Shown here: positions 1 through 7,199 of the stretch, in pieces
Position numbering within the stretch: the first letter of the stretch is position 1
Layout: each line of letters opens with the position of its first letter
IMG/VR virus record: IMGVR_UViG_3300008448_000043
Reading direction: 5' to 3' (one strand)
Source: an uncultured virus (IMG/VR IMGVR_UViG_3300008448_000043)
Taxonomy: Duplodnaviria > Heunggongvirae > Uroviricota > Caudoviricetes
Length of the DNA stretch: 64,000 nt
The notes under the pieces: model-generated
What the model saw: the letters and a program-made list of their open reading frames with translations, nothing else
Told to the model about the DNA's origin: nothing
Databases searched by the model: none
Made by a program: the position numbers and the translations under genes

Positions 1-19
1 TACTTCCTTTACCACTCAT
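1..19 (-). CDS. 5' fragment of a small hypothetical protein (MSGKGS...), truncated by window edge
   Basis: GGAGG ribosome-binding site followed by ATG at 17-19 immediately after the tRNA-Cys CCA. Confidence 0.4.
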
Positions 20-28
20 ATAGCCTCC

Positions 29-106
29 TGGAGCAACGGGTCAGATTCGAACTGACGGTTTTAGAGTTTTGCAGACTCTTGCATTGGGCCTCTCTGCCAC
101 CGTTGC
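29..106 (-). tRNA. tRNA-Cys(GCA)
   Basis: Reverse complement folds to a cloverleaf: acceptor GCAACGG/CCGTTGC, anticodon arm AGAGT-CTGCAAA-ACTCT, T arm GTCAG-TTCGAAT-CTGAC, U73, encoded CCA. Confidence 0.95.
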
Positions 107-107
107 A

Positions 108-704
108 TTAACTTTTAAATGATATGTCACCACCTTCTGCCTTGATTCGTAACTTTACATCCTCAAAAGAGATTGGTGCAAAGTCAGTTTGTTCAACACA
201 TACACAGTGGTATCGAGGATCGATAACTTGCTTTTTAACATCATACGGTCTTGGATCATACGGACTAGACTCTTGCACAGTAACTGTTTTCATTACTCGG
301 TTACTATGAGTATGACCGTGAATATTTGTTCCAAATCTATAAAGGTTACTTTCATGAACTGGAATATGACTTAATATCATTCCACTCATTACATGATAAC
401 CACGAATATCTCTGAAGTAAGGTGTATAATCCTCTAGCTTAAAGATATCGTGATTACCTTTGATTAAAACCTTATCACCATTAAGCAATCCTAGTATCTT
501 TAATGCTTTCCGATTTATTACTACATCTCCAAGATGATACACCTTGTCTCTTGGTTTGACAACAGAGTTCCATTTTTCAATCATAGCTTCATCCATATCA
601 TTTGGATCATCCCATGGCCGAAGCTTGGTTCCATCGTCTCTAAGGAAACGACAAACACCAGCATGACCAAAATGGGTATCGCTAACTAAAAATATATTTG
701 CCAT
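108..704 (-). CDS. calcineurin-like metallophosphoesterase
   Basis: Motifs DTHFGH, HLGDV, GNHD, HGHTH; start moved to ATG 704 (AGGAGG RBS) because the longer ORF runs into tRNA-Ser. Confidence 0.88.
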   Translation of the reverse strand: MANIFLVSDTHFGHAGVCRFLRDDGTKLRPWDDPNDMDEAMIEKWNSVVKPRDKVYHLGDVVINRKALKILGLLNGDKVLIKGNHDIFKLEDYTPYFRDIRGYHVMSGMILSHIPVHESNLYRFGTNIHGHTHSNRVMKTVTVQESSPYDPRPYDVKKQVIDPRYHCVCVEQTDFAPISFEDVKLRIKAEGGDISFKS

Positions 705-719
705 TTCTTCCTCCTTAGT

Positions 720-809
720 TGGTGGAGAATACTGGATTCGAACCAGTGGACCCATTACTGAATCGACGGTTTAGCAAACCGCTGCCTTAAGCCTCTCAGC
801 CAATTCTCC
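720..809 (-). tRNA. tRNA-Ser(GCT)
   Basis: GGAGAAT acceptor, anticodon loop TTGCTAA, long variable arm, GGTTCGAATCC T arm, CCA end. Confidence 0.95.
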
Positions 810-881
810 ATATAAAAGTACACTAGGGTGTAGCAGCCCCACCAGGATCCCTACTGTAGTGGTTAGTGTACTTTTATATGG
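808..881 (-). repeat. 18-bp perfect inverted repeat filling the spacer between the two tRNA-Ser genes
   Basis: CCATATAAAAGTACACTA (808-825) is the exact reverse complement of TAGTGTACTTTTATATGG (864-881). Confidence 0.85.
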
Positions 882-968
882 TGGAAGCTGTGAGATTCGA
901 ACTCACGGACCGCGCAAACGATCGACGGTTTTCAAGACCGCTGCCTTAAACCACTCAGCCAAGCTTCC
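879..968 (-). tRNA. tRNA-Ser(TGA)
   Basis: GGAAGCT acceptor, anticodon loop CTTGAAA, long variable arm, GAGTTCGAATCTC T arm, CCA end. Confidence 0.95.
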
Positions 969-993
969 AATGGATCCTAATTGTTAGAGAGCT

Positions 994-1024
994 AAAAAAA
1001 AACCCGAGTCGTTTTGCTCGGGTC
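994..1024 (-). terminator. intrinsic terminator upstream of the tRNA-Ser genes (attenuator terminator)
   Basis: Minus strand GACCCGAG-CAAAACGA-CTCGGG followed by 9 T. Confidence 0.85.
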
Positions 1025-1051
1025 TTGGAATATACGGAGTATACTATGACC

Positions 1052-1141
1052 CTATGATATCTCGCTCCATGAGTCGGCGCGATATCCTGGCTTCGTAAAG
1101 CCATTAATGGAAATCTGGGGGGTTGTATGTATCTGTATCAT
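1052..1141 (-). CDS. putative 29-aa leader peptide MIQIHTTPQISINGFTKPGYRADSWSEIS
   Basis: Translated by hand; lies between a sigma70 promoter and the terminator; its stop codon overlaps the antiterminator strand. Confidence 0.6.
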   Translation of the reverse strand: MIQIHTTPQISINGFTKPGYRADSWSEIS

Positions 1142-1169
1142 TATTCCAATGGTCCTGCAAAAAAAAGTA

Positions 1170-1198
1170 ATCGTACTACTATATATAAAAAATGTCAA
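1170..1198 (-). promoter_or_regulatory. sigma70-like promoter for the leader/tRNA operon
   Basis: TTGACA-17 nt-TACGAT on the minus strand. Confidence 0.75.
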
Positions 1199-1226
1199 CG
1201 TAAATCAAACTTTTACTAAAAATATT

Positions 1227-1757
1227 TTAGTTTTTTCTTGATCTTTCAATTTCAGAATCAAGTTCTCTAAAAGCAGCCTCTCTATTCTTAGAACTTTTGC
1301 GAGCGTTGTTGAACAGCTTACGACCTTGATCTTCAGATAGCTTGAGCATTACATAAGCTCTATAACCGCCACCTTCTTTAACCACAACAAGTTTTTCACG
1401 TGTATACATTGATAGCACCTGTTCCGTAACTTGTTTAGATACTCGATCAACCTCACGTTCTACATCCTTAACCTTGGATGAACTATCTTCTATAACAGAT
1501 TCTCGAACTATTGATTCTACCTTAGTACTGATACGGTTAGCCAGTTCTACTCGTGCATTTAACATTGCTTTATCAATTGCAAACTGCATGTCCTTAGATA
1601 TATCAGTTGCAGTAACAACAACATCAGTACTGTCTTTCTGAGGCTCGGATGCAAACCAGTCTGGAACAAGACCAGTTGATTCTGGAACTTTGGTCATCTT
1701 ATTACTAGAACAAGCACCAAGAGCCACTACCAACATCATAATATAAAATTTGTTCAT
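1227..1757 (-). CDS. lipoprotein, LPP20-like
   Basis: Signal peptide with lipobox (MNKFYIMMLVVALGAC), followed by VPDWF and 'AIDKAMLNARVELA' segments typical of phage LPP20-like proteins. Confidence 0.7.
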   Translation of the reverse strand: MNKFYIMMLVVALGACSSNKMTKVPESTGLVPDWFASEPQKDSTDVVVTATDISKDMQFAIDKAMLNARVELANRISTKVESIVRESVIEDSSSKVKDVEREVDRVSKQVTEQVLSMYTREKLVVVKEGGGYRAYVMLKLSEDQGRKLFNNARKSSKNREAAFRELDSEIERSRKN

Positions 1758-1758
1758 A

Positions 1759-2424
1759 TCAATCCCAAAGATTTTCATAATATTTGCCAAACAGTTTGAA
1801 CCCATTGGTTATACGGTTCTGAACTTTCTGACGCGCTTCCCAATCACAGGTACGGTTACCTGAATTAACCATAGTATACAACTTTTCCATTTTATTTGTC
1901 AACGAATTAAGATGCTCTTCATCAGTTTCTACAAATTCAGACTTGCCCCATTCACCAGTCCAGAACTCATCGTCCCAGCTATCATTAAGTTTGCACTCGA
2001 AGGCAAATATCATTTCATCAAGTACCCAATCCCACCGCTTGAAATGGTTACCATCGATATCCCACTCATCTTCCCTAGGTGGAGCCGAAGAGCTTTTCAG
2101 TTCTTCAGGGACATCATCATCATCAACGTTAGGAGCTCCATGCTTAGTTTCCTTGAGCTGTTTTAACATCGGTAAGATGATATGAGCAAGTGTATGGTCC
2201 ATTGACCATGTATCATAATTGTCAATTCTGACGCTTATCTTTTGCTTTCTAAACTTCTCAACCCAAAGACAAGCCCTCATCAACAAAGAATAATCGTCCT
2301 TACCAGCAAGCCACTCACCAAACTTGTACACACGATCGTCTTCCCTGTCCATCCAGAACAAAATAGTTCTTGCAATCTGGAAAGGACCGACCCAATTCTT
2401 GTATGGTCCAATGTATACACGCAT
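1759..2424 (-). CDS. hypothetical phage protein
   Basis: Long ORF; likely start MRVYIGPY at 2424, coupled to the upstream stop (TAATG). Confidence 0.75.
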   Translation of the reverse strand: MRVYIGPYKNWVGPFQIARTILFWMDREDDRVYKFGEWLAGKDDYSLLMRACLWVEKFRKQKISVRIDNYDTWSMDHTLAHIILPMLKQLKETKHGAPNVDDDDVPEELKSSSAPPREDEWDIDGNHFKRWDWVLDEMIFAFECKLNDSWDDEFWTGEWGKSEFVETDEEHLNSLTNKMEKLYTMVNSGNRTCDWEARQKVQNRITNGFKLFGKYYENLWD

Positions 2425-2582
2425 TATAGATCTCCGTAAATCATCCAATCAAGGAAAAAGTATATGGCAAAGAAGCCCACAACAAACACAATTATCCACT
2501 CTGTAAACGTAAATTGTTTACGGAGTCTGTAGTGCCAGTCATATCCTAGCAGCTTCTCGTACCAACGTTCAATCACTTTCAT
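2424..2582 (-). CDS. 52-aa predicted membrane protein (not in ORF track)
   Basis: MKVIERWYEKLLGYDWHYRLRKQFTFTEWIIVFVVGFFAIYFFLDWMIYGDL; one hydrophobic segment; overlaps both neighbours and fills the gap. Confidence 0.65.
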   Translation of the reverse strand: MKVIERWYEKLLGYDWHYRLRKQFTFTEWIIVFVVGFFAIYFFLDWMIYGDL

Positions 2583-3000
2583 AATCAATCTCGTTAATCA
2601 GATCTAACTTCTGTTCATCTGTCCAGCTACGAAGATAGTCATTATCCTCGTCGAACATTCTAAGGTACTCATCCTGAGAGATTTTTCGAGCTCCAAGAAT
2701 GTTAAAGTCTATATGTTTCTGGCTAAGCTCTTTCAATGAACCATTATCCATAACAACTTCATCACATGCATGTTCCGCTTGCTTTGCACGAACTACAAAT
2801 TTGATATGGAACATGCTGATACCTTCAACAACATATAGGTCACCCTCAGCTTTAGTTAAGCTGTACGATCCATCTTTAAGATCTTTCCATTGTAATGTGT
2901 CACCAATCTTGAATCCACTACCTTCAAGTATTTCATCGTTAAGTTCAATGTAAAGTTCACCGTTCTCAGTTTCTTTAACAGGTAATGTCCAAGATTTCAT
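2569..3000 (-). CDS. hypothetical protein with AbrB/MazE-like N-terminal segment
   Basis: Start MKSWTLPVKE at 3000 after GGAG RBS; 'GELYIELNDEILEGSGFKIGDTLQW' resembles swapped-hairpin DNA-binding domains. Confidence 0.65.
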   Translation of the reverse strand: MKSWTLPVKETENGELYIELNDEILEGSGFKIGDTLQWKDLKDGSYSLTKAEGDLYVVEGISMFHIKFVVRAKQAEHACDEVVMDNGSLKELSQKHIDFNILGARKISQDEYLRMFDEDNDYLRSWTDEQKLDLINEIDYESD

Positions 3001-3014
3001 ATTATCTCCAATAG

Positions 3015-3091
3015 TGGTGGGCCGTTTGGGATTCGAACCCAATGCCGATCGATTATGAGTCGATTGCTCATACCAAATGAGCTTCCGGCCC
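3015..3091 (-). tRNA. tRNA with CAT anticodon, most likely tRNA-Ile2 (lysidine type); elongator Met not excluded
   Basis: Anticodon arm ATCGA-CTCATAA-TCGAT, T arm TTGGG-TTCGAAT-CCCAA, CCA; no initiator features; C4-G69 and C5-G68 present. Confidence 0.85.
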
Positions 3092-3687
3092 TGAATTAGT
3101 GGGAGGCTACTGTTTTCCACGCTAGCCCCTCCCTCGAGTTGTTACCCTGTCCATCCCTTTTATTCTGTTGTCTGTGTGCAGAGGGATACTGCCTATCAGA
3201 GTCTGAGGGGTTGCCTCGCTAACGGTTTTCTGCCACCGGATCTCTATCGCTAATCAAACGCTACTTTCAGGGAAGTAGTAACCGGATTCTTGCTTCTTTG
3301 ATTCTGCGAGCTGTCCTACTTAAAGCAGGCTCACACTGGTCGCCCTGAGGTGAAGCGCCTCAGTTACTCTAAATTAATATTAATGCTAACAAGGAACTGA
3401 CTGTTACATGATGTCGAAGTCATTACCGCATCAAACCCTTGCTGAACTCTCTGCAGAGACAGAACGCACATTTCTGTTTTATTTCAAAATCTTGCCAAAC
3501 AGAAACATGCTGAGTCTCCCTCACGCTATCTCAACTTTCGTGACTCCTCAATGCTAATTCTATCACACAGGGTAAGTACCTGTGTTTCCTAGCAAGGCAC
3601 ACATCACAGAGAATGTTTCTGTTTTACTATTCTGGTTATGATAACCGCTACCCAGCATGTCGTACTGGTATCACAGTTAGTTGGGTT
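3092..3687 (-). ncRNA. putative structured non-coding RNA region (one or two RNAs)
   Basis: About 600 nt with no credible ORF and at least ten hand-identified hairpins, inside a tRNA region. Confidence 0.5.
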
Positions 3688-3783
3688 ACCATATTGAAAC
3701 ACACTGCTGGATTCGAACCTTCACCCGGCATTAGGGTTACACCACCTCTCGTGCCCTTGAGGATCAGTGTGCTTCAATATGGT
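3688..3783 (-). ncRNA. long-stem element enclosing a tRNA-like T loop
   Basis: 19-bp stem 3688-3706/3765-3783 (one G-U pair on the minus strand) enclosing GGTTCGAATCC. Confidence 0.55.
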
Positions 3784-3813
3784 GCGTTGAAGTGTCGCAC
3801 CCCACTTTAATAC

Positions 3814-4128
3814 TTATACTCGAGCCAGTGCTTGATCCAGACGAGCCTTAGCTACATCTGCACCAACAAAGCGCTTGTAGTAGTAAGCGTTAGCATACGT
3901 GATGCTAAGAGTCTTTGCTACGTCCTTTGCGCTCAGACCTTGACCGTACAGGTTTACTGCCTGAGTCTTCAGATCCACGGACTTTGTCTGTGGCTTCTCT
4001 GTCGCTACTGGATCCGGATTGCGAGCCAGTTTGCGCTTGGGCTTTTTTGAGAATACATTGTTGAAAGCCTCCAGTTGCTGCTCCGGGGTATAACCTGTGT
4101 CCGGATCCACTTTAGATTTTGTTACCAT
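3814..4128 (-). CDS. small basic protein with C-terminal helix-turn-helix
   Basis: 'AVNLYGQGLSAKDVAKTLSITYANAYYY' HTH pattern; AGGAG RBS before ATG 4128; own promoter. Confidence 0.65.
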   Translation of the reverse strand: MVTKSKVDPDTGYTPEQQLEAFNNVFSKKPKRKLARNPDPVATEKPQTKSVDLKTQAVNLYGQGLSAKDVAKTLSITYANAYYYKRFVGADVAKARLDQALARV

Positions 4129-4173
4129 AATATAAACTCCTATCAATTAATCATTTAATTTAACAGCTTGATC

Positions 4174-4202
4174 ATTATCGTCAATTAACGAAATTAGGTC
4201 AA
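4174..4202 (-). promoter_or_regulatory. sigma70-like early promoter
   Basis: TTGACC-17 nt-GATAAT. Confidence 0.6.
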
Positions 4203-4207
4203 CACCT

Positions 4208-4390
4208 TTAAAACACGCATGAACTGTGGTTCATAGCAAGTCTTTTTAAAATAGTAACATCAGTTTCTGACAAAATTCCTTGTTGTTTATATAACTCTGC
4301 ATCTTTCAACGTCTGCTTCAGCATTGCTGGCTTGTGCTTGAAGCAGTTCACAGCCTTGATAAAGTTATCGCGAAGAGACTCGTTATTCAC
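4208..4390 (-). CDS. hypothetical protein
   Basis: 60-aa ORF overlapping the upstream gene, co-oriented. Confidence 0.55.
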   Translation of the reverse strand: MNNESLRDNFIKAVNCFKHKPAMLKQTLKDAELYKQQGILSETDVTILKRLAMNHSSCVF

Positions 4391-4583
4391 AATCTATCTC
4401 CTTCAACTGCTTAGCAATAGTATTTGTCATTACATAGACTGCTGTTAAGACAGCCATAGGATTGTCAGATGCTTTGGCAACCATCATTGCATACTCAAAG
4501 GCCTCCTCAATGGTTTCACGATCAGCCATCATAGGACTGTGAATAGCCTGCATGATCTCGTTCAATGTCATAGTGTCCTCCAT
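4383..4583 (-). CDS. hypothetical protein
   Basis: ORF downstream of a promoter; probable start at MTLNEI after GGAGG. Confidence 0.65.
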   Translation of the reverse strand: MEDTMTLNEIMQAIHSPMMADRETIEEAFEYAMMVAKASDNPMAVLTAVYVMTNTIAKQLKEIDCE

Positions 4584-4598
4584 TTCAAAAGAGATACC

Positions 4599-4627
4599 AC
4601 TATAACGTTTGATAAAAATTAAGTCAA
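4599..4627 (-). promoter_or_regulatory. sigma70-like early promoter
   Basis: TTGACT-17 nt-TATAGT. Confidence 0.7.
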
Positions 4628-4633
4628 CATCAA

Positions 4634-4909
4634 CTATTTCTGCGGCTTTTTAGGCATATCGTTATAGGTTCCCCATGGAAGTCTTAATGCGATGTCGACG
4701 TCATCTGGACCTCCGTTATCAATCCACATTTTTGATATGTTCAACATAATGAAGCCTTGCTCAACAACATATCTAACTTCGTATCCAGAATGGTCATATA
4801 CACCATCTGGTGCCCAAGGAAATTGCCTCCTAATGTGTCTACCGGCTGGATCAAAAGGAATCTTTTTGATCTTTCCACCAGATAGCCAGACGTGTGTTCT
4901 TTTTATCAC
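4634..4909 (-). CDS. hypothetical protein
   Basis: 91-aa ORF with GTGA overlap onto the queD stop. Confidence 0.6.
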   Translation of the reverse strand: MIKRTHVWLSGGKIKKIPFDPAGRHIRRQFPWAPDGVYDHSGYEVRYVVEQGFIMLNISKMWIDNGGPDDVDIALRLPWGTYNDMPKKPQK

Positions 4910-5406
4910 GCAAAAAGATCCTCATTCCACTCACGATGACCCTCACGGAAAGCCATGTTGCTTTGTGTCTCTCGTACTTCTACACGATAGCACCACAAAC
5001 GCTTAGCTTCACCCACACCCCAGTAGTCTGGAATATATACACCGTTCATATACTTGTACAGCTGATCAGCAAGACCTTCACAGCCAAGTTTAGGAAGAAT
5101 GGTTAGCTTGGCCATCTTCTTCTCCTGCAGAATCTTGTATGTTTCCAGCTCAGGATCATCTTCTGCAACAAGCAGGGTGTGATCAAATTGATCTTGTAGT
5201 ACTTCTTTAAGCTCTTTCAATCCACCATAATCAGCTGCCCAATTACGAACATCAAGATCATTAGTACCGAAATAAAACTTCATCGAAAAACTGTAACCAT
5301 GAATAAGGTTACAGTGCGAGTCAGCACGCCACTGACGGTATGCTACTGGAAACGCATCTACATATTCTTTCGTAGACACGTACTTATATTTAATTGGTTG
5401 ATTCAT
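4906..5406 (-). CDS. queD: 6-carboxytetrahydropterin synthase (PTPS/QueD family)
   Basis: 'HCNLIHGYS', 'DYGGLKELK', 'FDHTLL', 'CEGLA', 'VEVRET' motifs. Confidence 0.88.
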   Translation of the reverse strand: MNQPIKYKYVSTKEYVDAFPVAYRQWRADSHCNLIHGYSFSMKFYFGTNDLDVRNWAADYGGLKELKEVLQDQFDHTLLVAEDDPELETYKILQEKKMAKLTILPKLGCEGLADQLYKYMNGVYIPDYWGVGEAKRLWCYRVEVRETQSNMAFREGHREWNEDLFA

Positions 5407-5842
5407 TTTTCTCCCACCAGAAGTTAACCCACTCTTTATCTACGTTTCTATCTATTTGTCTGAACCAAAAGTCCGGAGTAACCAGATCCTGTGCTTTATT
5501 ATAAACCACACAAGCTATTTTAACATTTTTGAAAGACTCTCCAAACTTATTACGTATAGTTATGAAAGTTTCACCACTATCAACAATATCATCTATGAAA
5601 AGTATTTTACTACCTTCCCATGCATCAACAACAATGTCTGGTGGAATGTATTTTTTATGTGAATCTCTCAATGACCACTCAACAGCCCGAAAAGGAATCT
5701 GAAGACGGTGAGAAATAACAACACCAGGAACAAGCCCCCCACGAGAGATTCCAACAACATAGTCAAACTCAATCTTACTGTTTCTGACCTGTGAAACAAG
5801 GCAAGCAATTGCTTTTTGGAAATCATTGTAGTTTATATCCAT
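5390..5842 (-). CDS. type I phosphoribosyltransferase (xanthine/guanine PRT-like)
   Basis: 'VVGISRGGLVP' and PRPP-binding 'LFIDDIVDSGET'. Confidence 0.88.
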   Translation of the reverse strand: MDINYNDFQKAIACLVSQVRNSKIEFDYVVGISRGGLVPGVVISHRLQIPFRAVEWSLRDSHKKYIPPDIVVDAWEGSKILFIDDIVDSGETFITIRNKFGESFKNVKIACVVYNKAQDLVTPDFWFRQIDRNVDKEWVNFWWEKNESTN

Positions 5843-6694
5843 TTAAGTGCCCCAGGCATTTCTCCAGATGTCAACCTGAAGTCTGGGACTATATCTCCAA
5901 CCACGCTTCATAGCCATCTCTGCAACGGCTTTGTAGTTGCTGAAATAAGTTTGATCAGTACCACCAACAGGCATCAGATATACTTCACCAGCAATACCCT
6001 GTTCACGATACGCCGCTACTGCTCTATCAATTTCCTCAAGATCCGTCTCTTTGTCAACGACGAATTTAAAATAAACCTCACCATACCAAGCATACTCTGC
6101 GACTACCTTAGGAAGAATAGCTTCCTCCCACTTCTCACCTGATGGACTCAGCTTTGCACTCACAGAAAATACCACTTCTGTTTTTCCATTGAGCTTGCTT
6201 GAATACTTAGCCAGGAACTTTTTGAAATCATCTGTGAGCTGTTGTGTACCATTAGTCTCAAAAGTCAAAGACTTCAAAGGTCTCATCGTATCATTCCAAA
6301 GCAGATCTTCATACGATCTTTGCCATCCAAGAAGAGGCTCGCCACCGGTAATAATTAAGTGTTCATTCTTCCACTCTTTGTTAGGTAATAGATCTAAAAT
6401 AGAATCTACGATACTGTCAGTTCTAAGTACAGGAGAAAGATGTTTGAATCTAGGATCCCAGCTGGCATACGAATCACAACCTGTATGTACAAGAGGAAGA
6501 GAATCATAGGTCTTATATGCGTCAACATTCATAGCGATGACATCTCGCTCTTTAGAGGCACTTCCTTTTGGCATACCAAAACCACTACACATGAAGTTGC
6601 ATCCAAACGTCCGTAGAAACACACTAGGAACACCTACATACTTACCTTCACCCTGCAAGCTGTAGAACAGCTCGGCTACTTTAATTTTACTCAT
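5843..6694 (-). CDS. queE: 7-carboxy-7-deazaguanine synthase (radical SAM)
   Basis: 'ELFYSLQGEG', 'FLRTFGCN', 'ITGGEPLL', 'ETNGT', 'YLMP', 'SPRLQ'. Confidence 0.88.
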   Translation of the reverse strand: MSKIKVAELFYSLQGEGKYVGVPSVFLRTFGCNFMCSGFGMPKGSASKERDVIAMNVDAYKTYDSLPLVHTGCDSYASWDPRFKHLSPVLRTDSIVDSILDLLPNKEWKNEHLIITGGEPLLGWQRSYEDLLWNDTMRPLKSLTFETNGTQQLTDDFKKFLAKYSSKLNGKTEVVFSVSAKLSPSGEKWEEAILPKVVAEYAWYGEVYFKFVVDKETDLEEIDRAVAAYREQGIAGEVYLMPVGGTDQTYFSNYKAVAEMAMKRGWRYSPRLQVDIWRNAWGT

Positions 6695-7199
6695 ATTCAG
6701 GCACCTTATAAGATTTTTGACGCTTATTCCTTTGTCTCATTGCTTGATCATAATGAAACTTATTTGCTTTGAATGTAAAGTTAACACCATTCAAATGATC
6801 TACTTCGTGTAATACGCACCGTGCTGACATACCAGTAAACTTATCAGTATGCGACTCACCAAAAGAATCCATGTAGCGAATACGTACTAGCTTAGGACGT
6901 TTAATTTTGATAAACAGATTTGGATATGTGACACAACCTTCTTCCAGCATAATCTGCTCTGTGGATACATCAGCTACGACTGGATTAAAGATTACTTTTG
7001 TTGGATTGGACCATAGTACAAAAGCTCTGTACGGTAAACCACATTGGTTAGCAGAAAGACCAATACCCTTATAGTGGATCATTGTCTCGATAAGGTTATT
7101 AGTTAGCTCGTGTGGGTTGATTGGAGGGTTGTTGAAATCAAACCTCTCCAGCTTTGTTCTTAGCAGTGGGTGGTCTGGAGCTACTAAATCATATATCAT
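6687..7199 (-). CDS. def: peptide deformylase
   Basis: All three PDF motifs: GIGLSANQ, EGC, HEVDH. Confidence 0.93.
   Translation of the reverse strand: MIYDLVAPDHPLLRTKLERFDFNNPPINPHELTNNLIETMIHYKGIGLSANQCGLPYRAFVLWSNPTKVIFNPVVADVSTEQIMLEEGCVTYPNLFIKIKRPKLVRIRYMDSFGESHTDKFTGMSARCVLHEVDHLNGVNFTFKANKFHYDQAMRQRNKRQKSYKVPEYE

Noticed and set aside
705..755. N-terminal extension of ORF 108-755
   Set aside because: Overlaps tRNA-Ser(GCT); a good RBS precedes ATG 704
969..1170. T-box riboswitch as the explanation of the tRNA leader
   Set aside because: No GGTGG-N-ACC T-box sequence or specifier stem seen; a leader ORF fits better
3001..3120. N-terminal extension of ORF 2569-3120
   Set aside because: Runs through the CAT tRNA; RBS supports ATG 3000
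3092..3810. tmRNA, RNase P RNA or a complete tRNA
   Set aside because: No GAGGAAAGTCC RNase P signature and no tmRNA acceptor ends; the 3688-3783 element lacks a full cloverleaf with an anticodon arm
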